In this document: piece by piece, positions 1-7,440 of the stretch | How the letters are laid out: each line of letters starts with the position of its first letter | Position numbering within the stretch: the stretch's first letter is position 1 | Source of the DNA: a bacterium | GTDB lineage: Bacteria; Zhuqueibacterota; Zhuqueibacteria; Oceanimicrobiales; Oceanimicrobiaceae | Length of the DNA: 30,245 nt | Assembly (NCBI GenBank): GCA_046757165.1 | Contig: JBHHXT010000042.1 | Location: 1-30,245, forward strand | Direction of reading: 5' to 3' | The notes under the pieces: generated by a model | What the model saw: the letters and a program-made list of their open reading frames with translations, nothing else | The model's database searches: none | Told to the model about the DNA's origin: nothing | Program-made: the position numbers and the translations under genes

Positions 1-21
1 TCGCTAGAGTGCCTGATTGGC

Positions 22-60
22 TGCGCAAAAGTTGCACAACTCAAGAGCAGGGTTTGCGCA
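22..60 (+). promoter_or_regulatory. Putative tandem enhancer (UAS) sites for a sigma54 activator
   Basis: TGCGCAAAAGTTGCACA (22-38, imperfect palindrome) and AGAGCAGGGTTTGCGCA (44-60) are offset by 22 bp and lie about 90-125 bp upstream of a sigma54 -24/-12 element. Confidence 0.45.
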
Positions 61-146
61 GCCCCTCCAATCCCGGCCACCCACGCGGGTTCAATCCTCT
101 ACGTTAAGTCTCGAATTTTCAAGGGCTGTTGGCCATCCCTGATTTC

Positions 147-161
147 TGGTACGGACCTTGC
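147..161 (+). promoter_or_regulatory. Sigma54 (RpoN) -24/-12 promoter
   Basis: TGGTAC-GGACC-TTGC matches TGGYAC-N5-TTGC with exact spacing, about 100 bp upstream of the first gene of the operon. Confidence 0.75.
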
Positions 162-261
162 CTGATGGCGACACCATATTAGCCAACCCTGAACCGGACC
201 AGCCCCGCAGAAGGCGCGGGATGTAACAACCGGAAAATTCGAAATACGAAGAGAGAACACC

Positions 262-1845
262 TTGGGGATTGAAAAGCAGAATACAACCATAGAAAACTCA
301 GGCGGGGCTGTTGCTGCAACCGCGTTCCCGCAGGCAACGGAAGCCGCGTTGAGCACGCTAAGCCAGGGCGGCAACGCGGTCGATGCAGCGGTGGCCGCTG
401 CTCTGGCGCTATCGGTTTGCGAACCGAGTGGCTCCGGGCTTGGGGGCCAAACGAGTTTGTTGCTCCATCTGGCCAATGGGGAAACCATCTATCTCGACGG
501 CCATTCCCACGCACCCGCAGGAGTATCGCTGAAAACCGTAAGCGCAGACAGTCAACGCAGCGGATTTCGAGCGTGTACTATTCCTTCCACCATCGCGACA
601 CTGCACAAAGCGTTGCTCCGGTACGGATCGGTGCCGATGGCTGATCTGCTGCAGCCCGCCATTCGGCTGGCCAAAGATGGTTTTGCGACCACCCCCTTAC
701 AGCGCAAGCAGGTGCAATGGTGTCTGGGTAATCGGAAATGGATTGGTAGAAGACCCCGTATTCTGCGCCAGACGTGTTGGTTGGAGTCGCCCAGACTCGA
801 GCAACCGCGTCTGGCAAGAACGCTGGAACGGCTTGCCCGCTTCGGAGCGAAGGATTTCTACAGCGGCAATCTGGCCCACGACATTGCTGAGGACATGCGC
901 GAAAACCATGGCTTGCTGAGCGAATCAGATCTCAGTACCTTGCGCTTGCCCGTGGCGAGAAAACCTGTTTCGATATCTTATCGCGGGTTTGAGATCATTT
1001 CCACGCCTCCGCCTGCCGGCGGGTTGCAGCTCCTCCTGGCGCTGAAACTCCTGGAAAGGCTATATGTCCCGGCGATAGAGCCGAAATTATCAGATTGGTA
1101 TCAGGCCGTGGCCTTGGCCGTCTTTTCGGCATTTGATGAGCGGGAGAAGTTCCCCATTCACCCGGATGATTTCACTCCATCTGTGCAGGATTGGACGCTT
1201 GGAGACGCTCGCGCCGACGAGCTTGCCAGCAGATTGACCTTGCAAAAATACCTGGTTGCTGCCATGGAGGCAGAAGAAGAGCCGGGCGAAACCACCCATC
1301 TATGTGTTGCGGACCGAAAGGGCAATGTTGTTTCGCTCACCCAGTCGATTCAATCTCTTTTCGGCGGCCTGGTGGCTAACTGGAAGCTCGGCTTTCTGTA
1401 CAACAATTATCTGACCACCTGTCCCCGCTATCGCCATCCCTATCAGATAAGAAGTCGGTGCTTGCCCCGCAGCAATGCTGCTCCGACGTTCGTGTTCAAG
1501 AATGGTGAGCTGGTTTTGGCACTTGGCGCAGCCGGCAGCAGACGCATCGTTTCGTCCGTGCTCCAGACTATTTCTCGCGTAATCGATCTCCGCATGCCGC
1601 TCTCGGAAGCGGTTGCGGCACCTCGCGTCCATGCTTTGCTGAATGGCAAGATCTGGCTTGAACGGCCGGCTGCCGGTGACACTACCTGTAACCGACTGGC
1701 GCGGCTCTTTCCAAAGGTGAGTCTACGACCAAAACATAGCTTTACAATGGGGTGCGTGCAAGCGCTTGCGGTTGACCACGGCGCGGCACCAGGGAAAACA
1801 GCAGCAGCGGATCCGCGCCGTGATGGCACCGCAGGGGGACTGTGA
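262..1845 (+). CDS. ggt: Gamma-glutamyltranspeptidase (GGT/CapD/YwrD, Ntn-hydrolase) family protein with no evident signal peptide
   Basis: Motifs GGNAVDAAVAAALALSVCEPSGSGLGG, L.PAI.LA..GF and PRLARTLERLA; autocleavage nucleophile in GE-TTHLCVAD (Thr344, codon at 1291); C-terminal AADPRRDG. TTG start, exact start uncertain. Confidence 0.9.
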   Translation: MGIEKQNTTIENSGGAVAATAFPQATEAALSTLSQGGNAVDAAVAAALALSVCEPSGSGLGGQTSLLLHLANGETIYLDGHSHAPAGVSLKTVSADSQRSGFRACTIPSTIATLHKALLRYGSVPMADLLQPAIRLAKDGFATTPLQRKQVQWCLGNRKWIGRRPRILRQTCWLESPRLEQPRLARTLERLARFGAKDFYSGNLAHDIAEDMRENHGLLSESDLSTLRLPVARKPVSISYRGFEIISTPPPAGGLQLLLALKLLERLYVPAIEPKLSDWYQAVALAVFSAFDEREKFPIHPDDFTPSVQDWTLGDARADELASRLTLQKYLVAAMEAEEEPGETTHLCVADRKGNVVSLTQSIQSLFGGLVANWKLGFLYNNYLTTCPRYRHPYQIRSRCLPRSNAAPTFVFKNGELVLALGAAGSRRIVSSVLQTISRVIDLRMPLSEAVAAPRVHALLNGKIWLERPAAGDTTCNRLARLFPKVSLRPKHSFTMGCVQALAVDHGAAPGKTAAADPRRDGTAGGL

Positions 1846-1849
1846 GACC

Positions 1850-2731
1850 ATGAAGAGTTTGAAAAGCAAAACGGTCAGTGTGGATGCATGCGGCAACCTG
1901 CGTGAGGCCAGGCCTGCTTCCGTCGCCGAACGTCGCCTGCTGGGGTCGCTCTTTCTTATCCCGGGTTTCATCGTTCTCATAAAGCTCCTGCCCTTTGCTT
2001 CTTTGGCGGTGGTCTCGGATATGTTCACCCTGACCGCACTGCCAGCAATCGTGGCCAATCATGTACAGAGATTGATGTTGATGTCTCTGGGCGCGATTCT
2101 AGTGGTGGTTTTCAGAGTGACTCTTGGCCTTCGTGTTCTCGGTCCGGTTCGACCGATTCTGATCGCGCTGGCCTACCAAATCACCGGCTTTATGGTTGGC
2201 ACTATCTTCCTGGTAAGTGTCATGGTGATTATCGCGATGATACGACCGATGCTCAAGTCGGCTGGCATACCCTATTTTGCCAGAATCGCAAGCGTCTTGA
2301 GCCTGGTTTCCTTGATGGTTTTGATCGCCGTGAAGCTCAGCACGACGGTCGGCGCCGAACAGTTTCTCTCCATTGGGCTTTTGCCGGTGGTGGTGTTGAC
2401 CTTTGCGGCAGAAGGATTCGCGAAAACCCTGTACCGGGAGGGATTGAAATCCGCATGTTGGCGCGCAGCGATGACGATCATCGCCGCCGCCTTGATCAAA
2501 GGCCTGGCAGACATTCCAGGACTGAGTGAATTTATTCTGTGTTTTCCCGAGATGTTGTTGCTTCAGGTCGGCGTCATCTATCTGATTTCGCGGTTTCTTA
2601 ATTTTCGTGCTTTGCACTTTCTAAATCCCAAACCACCGAAATCAAAGAGAAGAACGCGCGCGGCAAAAGTTCGCAAAAAAGTAAAGAAGAAGTTGCGTAA
2701 GCTGACCCCGGCTAGCCATTCACTCGAGTGA
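1850..2731 (+). CDS. Multi-pass membrane protein of the 7TM_transglut (PF14402-like, CapC/PgsC-related) family with a Lys/Arg-rich C-terminal tail
   Basis: About 8 hydrophobic segments. GLRVLGPVRPILIALAY, RIASVL, LLPVVVLTFAAEGF and FPEMLLL..SRFLNFR resemble the 7TM_transglut consensus. ATG at 1850 (just after the ggt stop) is preferred over the ORF-track start at 1766. Confidence 0.7.
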   Translation: MKSLKSKTVSVDACGNLREARPASVAERRLLGSLFLIPGFIVLIKLLPFASLAVVSDMFTLTALPAIVANHVQRLMLMSLGAILVVVFRVTLGLRVLGPVRPILIALAYQITGFMVGTIFLVSVMVIIAMIRPMLKSAGIPYFARIASVLSLVSLMVLIAVKLSTTVGAEQFLSIGLLPVVVLTFAAEGFAKTLYREGLKSACWRAAMTIIAAALIKGLADIPGLSEFILCFPEMLLLQVGVIYLISRFLNFRALHFLNPKPPKSKRRTRAAKVRKKVKKKLRKLTPASHSLE

Positions 2732-2743
2732 TGAATATGATAA

Positions 2744-2886
2744 ACCACGAAGCTCACGAAGGACGCGGAGCACTTATTTTGGCTCTTTACGGAACGATGA
2801 CTATAATGATGGCTCTTCATGCTCTTATCCGTCTTTCGGCCACACTGAATGATGGTTCGCTTCGCGTCCTTCGTGACCTTCGTGGT
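2744..2886. repeat. 27-bp imperfect inverted repeat pair enclosing 89 bp (REP/MITE-like)
   Basis: accacgaagctcacgaaggacgcggag (2744-2770) versus the reverse complement of 2860-2886 (accacgaaggtcacgaaggacgcgaag): 2 mismatches. Confidence 0.8.
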
Positions 2887-2984
2887 GACAATAGACTTCC
2901 GGCATACCGGGTTTACACCGTATCCGGTTGAGATTTGAATTTTATGATGAGGCTTCTCACTCAAAACTGTGGAGGATTCGGTTA

Positions 2985-4052
2985 ATGAAGGTTGCAGTGG
3001 TTCGGAATCGGAAAAAGCAGGGCGTTATCTATCGCTATGGCAGACCCAGCCCTGAAACGTACGGCAAGAAATCGGTACAACGGGTTATGGATGCGCTCCG
3101 TGCTGGTGGACATGAAATCAAAGTTATCGAAGGCGATCTCACCATGTTTCCCAGGCTGAGAAAATTCATCCCCCCAGATGAAAACGGTCGACCGACGGGT
3201 TTGGTTTTCAACCTCTCTTACGGCATTCAAGGCGACTGTCGCTACACGCATTTGCCCGGAATGTTGGAAATGACCGGGGTTCCTTATACAGGCGCCAGCC
3301 CGCTGGGGCATTCGATTGCGCTCGACAAAGTGATCACAAAGCAGATTCTGACCAGCTCGGGCATTCCAACGCCCAAAATGGCGGTCATGTCTCGACCAGA
3401 CCCGACTCGCATCAATGGCCTCCGGTTTCCGCTGGTGGTCAAGCCGCGCCAGGAATCCACAAGCTGTGGTTTACATCTGGTGTATGATTATGACGAGCTG
3501 ATCGCCGCGGTTCTGAATGTAACCGCTCAATTCGAGCAAGAAGCTCTTGTGGAGGAATACATCTTAGGCCGCGAACTCTGTGTCAGCATCATCGGCAATG
3601 ACAAACTCGAGATCTTGCCCTTCGTTGAGCTGGATTTCAACGGCCGCGGCCATCCCATGCTGACACGCGAGGACAAATTTCATCGCACGGCAGATGAACC
3701 GACAAAAATCTGCCCGGTCACGCTGGACCCTGACCTGGAAGCAAAGATTCGCATCATGGTCGCCCAAACGTATCGCCTGTGTCATTGTCGTGACTATGCC
3801 AGGGTAGATCTGAGAATCGACCCGTTTGGCAATCCCTACATTCTGGAAATCAACTCGATGGCTTCCTTGGGGCAGGGCGGGACGTTAGTTGCAGCCGCCA
3901 GGGAGGCGGGCTACTCCTTCGAAGCTCTGATCAACAGAATTGTCTATATGGCCTGTCGACGCGGGGGCCTCGACGTGGCTGAAGAAGCATGGCTAGAGGT
4001 TCCAGATCATCGAAGTGTGGATGATTTACCTTCAATCCCGGCTGCCGCTTGA
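2985..4052 (+). CDS. D-Ala-D-Ala-ligase-like ATP-grasp amidoligase (non-canonical)
   Basis: Motifs GVPYTGASPLG..IALDK..TK, FPLVVKP..E..S.G, ALVEEYI.GRE and YARVDLR..PYILEINS. GGAGG RBS at 2971-2975 precedes ATG 2985. Lacks the Ddl N-terminal GGxSxE motif. Confidence 0.85.
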   Translation: MKVAVVRNRKKQGVIYRYGRPSPETYGKKSVQRVMDALRAGGHEIKVIEGDLTMFPRLRKFIPPDENGRPTGLVFNLSYGIQGDCRYTHLPGMLEMTGVPYTGASPLGHSIALDKVITKQILTSSGIPTPKMAVMSRPDPTRINGLRFPLVVKPRQESTSCGLHLVYDYDELIAAVLNVTAQFEQEALVEEYILGRELCVSIIGNDKLEILPFVELDFNGRGHPMLTREDKFHRTADEPTKICPVTLDPDLEAKIRIMVAQTYRLCHCRDYARVDLRIDPFGNPYILEINSMASLGQGGTLVAAAREAGYSFEALINRIVYMACRRGGLDVAEEAWLEVPDHRSVDDLPSIPAAA

Positions 4053-4086
4053 GTGATATATCGCAACATAGAAACAGGAGACTATT

Positions 4087-5808
4087 ATGAGCAATCAGTC
4101 AGTCAGTACACACACCATTGTCGTGTCAGGGATCTGCCTTGCGATGCTGCTCTTTGCCAGCGAAGCACAACCTGGCTCCCGGAATGGACTATGGGTGAAA
4201 GTGCAGGGCCGGCTCGACAGTCACGGCACCTACAAGGTGGACAAAATCAAAGAGCGCGCAGCCGGGAAATATTACGTCCTGGAAGGTATTGTCGAGAAAG
4301 AGAATTCAACCAACCACTCCTATCTGCTGGCCGGCTTCGAAATCGTGCCAAAAGCAGATGCCAAATACACGTTCATAGACGGGACGCCTGCTTCAAAACA
4401 GGAAGTCCGCAAAAATGTTCGGATCAAAGCTATCGGGGCCTTCGACAACAGCAGGTTCTACGCTGCAGAAATACGCGTATTTCAGTATTCCGATGACGAC
4501 GATATCGAAGTCGAAGGTCCCATACATTTGGTGCGCACGGTCGACGGGGACCAGAGACTCTTTCGGGTCGGTTCGATGATGATGCTCATCAAGGGCTTCC
4601 ATCACGACCAGCAAACGGCCCAAACCTCTTTCCTGAGACGGCTGTCAAACTTCATGAGCCTCGATGGCAAGGTGAAGCTCAGCGACAACACGCGTGCCGC
4701 GGATATTCCGGAAGGAGACCTGACGACGGGCAGCAAACGCTATGCGAAGCTGCAAACAACGTTCAAAACCACTTTCTCAGAAAAAATTCAAGCGTACAGC
4801 CGGGTGGAGTTTTTCTGGCGTGCTCGCAGCCAGTCCGCCCTGCAAGCTCCCGGCTCGGCAGAGGGGTTCGAGCTTCGGGTTCGGGATCTTTATGTCAGGC
4901 TTAACGACCTGGCCGGAATTCAAGGGTTGCAATTCAGAGTTGGACGGCAACGATTTCGCGATTCACGCACCTGGCTCATGGACAGCCGCCTCGATGCCCT
5001 TCAGCTCATCTACGCCAAACAACGCCTCCGTTTTGCGTTTGCGGTGACCCGGCATCTGGGCAGCCGTGATCTGCATCGAGAGCAGCTCCACTACATCGGC
5101 TCAGCTTATTTCCGAATTGGCCGTGGCCTCAAGACGACCTTCACTCTGATCAAGGAAAATGATGAGCGCGTGGGGCGCGACGATCCGTTGTGGCTGGCGG
5201 TGCAAACGAAAGGCAGAGTGTCCCGACTTCTGGAATGGTGGGCGCAAGGTGCACGCTATTCCAGCCAGCGCGGCCAGATTAGCCGTCGCGGGTATGCCGC
5301 CGATGCCGGCATCGTTATCCGACCGCTTTTGCGGCGAACCGGACCGTTTGTGTCCTACCATTTCGCCTATGGATCCGCAGATGATCCCCAGACCCAAACT
5401 GCTCGCGAGCGCTTTCGGCAGCCCAGGCTACAGCTGAACTATTATAAGTATGGCGGTAAAAAACGGCTATTCTACTACGGCTCCCTGCTCACCCCGGAGC
5501 TCACAAATCTGCGCTTTCAGGCGGTCAGCCTGGGGTACGCCTTTTCGCGAAAAGTGACCATTCAGACCACCTGGCGCACCTATGAACAGATAAATCCCTC
5601 CAAAACCATCTACAGCAACAGTCTCGGCATCGCGCCGGAAGGCATCAACACGGACATCGGCAACGACGCGGAGGTGCTTCTGCATCTGTTGCCCTGGCGC
5701 GCTGTGGACTTTTCGATCTCGACGGAATGGTTTATCCCCGGAGACGCCTTTGCTGCGGGCTCCAAATCCATTTTTGGCCTGCGGAGCGAATTCGTCCTCT
5801 ACTTTTAA
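4087..5808 (+). CDS. Outer-membrane beta-barrel, AlgE/alginate-export-like, with an N-terminal DUF5666-like domain
   Basis: Signal-like N-terminus; amphipathic strands; VGRQRFRD.R.WL.D..LDA; FRQPRLQ.N..KYGG....YYGSLLTPELTNL (AlgE-like); C-terminal aromatic signature EFVLYF; CAGGAG RBS. Confidence 0.75.
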   Translation: MSNQSVSTHTIVVSGICLAMLLFASEAQPGSRNGLWVKVQGRLDSHGTYKVDKIKERAAGKYYVLEGIVEKENSTNHSYLLAGFEIVPKADAKYTFIDGTPASKQEVRKNVRIKAIGAFDNSRFYAAEIRVFQYSDDDDIEVEGPIHLVRTVDGDQRLFRVGSMMMLIKGFHHDQQTAQTSFLRRLSNFMSLDGKVKLSDNTRAADIPEGDLTTGSKRYAKLQTTFKTTFSEKIQAYSRVEFFWRARSQSALQAPGSAEGFELRVRDLYVRLNDLAGIQGLQFRVGRQRFRDSRTWLMDSRLDALQLIYAKQRLRFAFAVTRHLGSRDLHREQLHYIGSAYFRIGRGLKTTFTLIKENDERVGRDDPLWLAVQTKGRVSRLLEWWAQGARYSSQRGQISRRGYAADAGIVIRPLLRRTGPFVSYHFAYGSADDPQTQTARERFRQPRLQLNYYKYGGKKRLFYYGSLLTPELTNLRFQAVSLGYAFSRKVTIQTTWRTYEQINPSKTIYSNSLGIAPEGINTDIGNDAEVLLHLLPWRAVDFSISTEWFIPGDAFAAGSKSIFGLRSEFVLYF

Positions 5809-5873
5809 CTGGCGGCAGGCACCGGCTCTTTAAAAACCTTGCGCCGAGATGAAGCCTCCAAGATCTTGGGCAG

Positions 5874-5905
5874 CTTGTTCCCAGACATGGAAGTCTGGGA
5901 ACAAG
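5874..5905. repeat. Perfect 13-bp hairpin (REP-like or terminator) between convergent units
   Basis: cttgttcccagac-atggaa-gtctgggaacaag. Confidence 0.7.
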
Positions 5906-5936
5906 GGCGCAACGACTCTCACGAATGAATTATTTC

Positions 5937-6050
5937 CCAACAACAGCAAGCAAGTCATCCAGGCTGAAGGGCGTGGTCAGGGTGGCAAAGGCGCCTGATT
6001 TGATCGCCATCTGCGCGGATTCAGGGGTTCCGTAGGCCGTCATCACGATC
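5937..6050 (-). repeat. Degenerate direct-repeat copy of the 3' part of the receiver-domain gene (other copy 6871-6983)
   Basis: Manual alignment over about 114 bp gives roughly 8 substitutions and one 1-bp insertion relative to 6871-6983. Confidence 0.9.
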
Positions 6051-6451
6051 CCTGTGTGAATGATTTGGCTGGCAGAAGCTGTCTGAAGATAGTTCGGATT
6101 CTTCGGATTGTCTTTACAGCATACTTTGCTTCTTCAAGCGTCGATTCTTCGCCAGGATACCGGAGTTGCACTGAATACGGGTTGAGCAATTCGAATAGCT
6201 CGCGGTGAACTTCCAACCCGGGTGCCGACTCCAGAGAGAGGTCCAATAACAGCATCAAGTCATGCGATTTCGGAAAACGGACACGATGGAATATGAGATG
6301 GGCTTTGAGATATTTCTCAGCGGCCTGCTGGCAATGGAAGCAAACCAGGTCAGGGAGAGGTTCATTCTTGCGTCGTGAGAGCGCGATGGCTCCTTAAAAA
6401 ATCAGCTTCGCCCTTGCGCACCCATTCTGTCGCCTCATCAACGGCGCTCAT
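6043..6451 (-). pseudogene. HEPN-domain protein of an MNT-HEPN pair, interrupted by a +1 frameshift
   Basis: ATG at 6451 overlaps the end of the MNT gene and reads MSAVDEATEWVRKGEADF. After one extra base near 6393-6401 the next frame reads GAIALSRRKNEPLPDLVCFHCQQAAEKYLKA..FPKSHDL..LNPYSVQLRYPG, typical HEPN motifs. The span is 409 bp (3n+1). Confidence 0.8.
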
Positions 6452-6752
6452 AGGCGACCACGCCCTTGCTCAGGATTTCAGTCAGAAAGGGCTCTACCCT
6501 GCTCGCCGCGCGCTGTATTTCGGCCGGGGTTCGCACGACGATATCTATAGGAGCCGGCCTTGGGGCTAGCAAGCGGGAAATGTGACGAATTCTTTCCGCC
6601 CCCACGAGGGGGGTCTCCCAGACCACGAGCAGGTCGATATCGCTGTCCTCATTGGCATCCCCATAGGCGTGTGACCCGAAGAGGATTACTTTTTCGGGAG
6701 ACACCCCGGCCACGATCTTGTCAACGATATCCTCGAGTAGTCGCTTTTCCAT
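6438..6752 (-). CDS. Minimal nucleotidyltransferase (MNT) domain protein
   Basis: ILFGSHAYG..EDSDIDLLVV (GS..DxD pol-beta motif), PIDIVV, 104 aa, overlapping the HEPN gene. Confidence 0.9.
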   Translation of the reverse strand: MEKRLLEDIVDKIVAGVSPEKVILFGSHAYGDANEDSDIDLLVVWETPLVGAERIRHISRLLAPRPAPIDIVVRTPAEIQRAASRVEPFLTEILSKGVVAYERR

Positions 6753-6847
6753 GTCAGTAATGTATCCATATCATTTGAGAAAAAAACGATTTTTTTTGAA
6801 TAGCCCTCGCGCAAATGTTACCACGGTAAGAATGTAAGATCGCCTGG

Positions 6848-7207
6848 TCAGGCTGACCCATGCCCTTTTTCCAACAACAGCAGCAATTCATCCATGCTGA
6901 AGGGCTTGGTCAGGTAGGCATAGGCGCCTGATTTGATCGCCATCTGTGCGGATTCAGTGGTTCCGTAGGCCGTCATCACGATCACGATGGCCTCCGGTTG
7001 AAGCTTCTTGATTCGTTGCAACAAGGTGATGCCATCCATGCCGGGCATTTTCAGGTCGGTCAGGACGACATCGAACGGCTTCTTATCCAGCAGTTCCAGG
7101 GCCGCAAAAGGGGAGTCCACCGCTGTCGATTCATAGCCAGCATCTTGTAAATCATCTTGCAGTGAAATCCGCTGGATTTCTTCATCCTCAACAATTAGAA
7201 TTCGCAT
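6848..7207 (-). CDS. Stand-alone response-regulator receiver (REC) protein, close paralog of the REC domain at 14286-15689
   Basis: MRILIVEDE, phosphoacceptor in TDLKMPGMDG, MTAYG, YLTKPF. ATG 7207 gives 119 aa and aligns with the NtrC paralog from residue 1. Confidence 0.9.
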   Translation of the reverse strand: MRILIVEDEEIQRISLQDDLQDAGYESTAVDSPFAALELLDKKPFDVVLTDLKMPGMDGITLLQRIKKLQPEAIVIVMTAYGTTESAQMAIKSGAYAYLTKPFSMDELLLLLEKGHGSA

Positions 7208-7374
7208 GTTGGGCTGCTTCCTGTTCCCTCTCGTCACACGTCGAGGGGTACAGAAGGCTTGCATGATTTGGCGTAAACGCAAACTGATTGGCATCGAAGG
7301 AACAAGTCAACGCGTTCAGGTGTTGAGAAGCTTGTACACCGACCCGCGGTTAGGACAGCTCAGTTTGGGAGAAA

Positions 7375-7400
7375 CTCCCGCAGCCAGCCTGCTGCGGGAG
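7375..7400 (-). terminator. Putative terminator hairpin downstream of the molybdoenzyme gene
   Basis: Perfect 10-bp stem ctcccgcagc/gctgcgggag, 40 bp after the stop codon. Only a short TTT tract follows on the minus strand. Confidence 0.5.
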
Positions 7401-7440
7401 ACACCAGAGGAACGAGCAAGTTGCGACGATTCAACACCTG

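Noticed and set aside
70..100. ccacccacgcgggttcaatcc resembling a tRNA T-arm or 6S RNA segment
   Set aside because: No cloverleaf, CCA end or long 6S-type duplex could be built. The region is better explained as the spacer between the UAS-like sites and the promoter.
2728..2931. 67-aa ORF between the 7TM and ligase genes
   Set aside because: It is a translation of the inverted-repeat element (HEAHEGRG / LRVLRDLRG) with no protein-family features.
2985..4052. Calling this gene ddl
   Set aside because: It lacks the GGxSxE and NTxPG motifs and has no mur/fts context.
4087..5808. Alginate biosynthesis locus
   Set aside because: No glycosyltransferase, epimerase, lyase or acetylase genes are present in the window.
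7279..7293. Possible sigma54 promoter for the stand-alone receiver gene
   Set aside because: The minus strand reads TGCCAA-N5-TTGC and lacks the invariant GG at -24.
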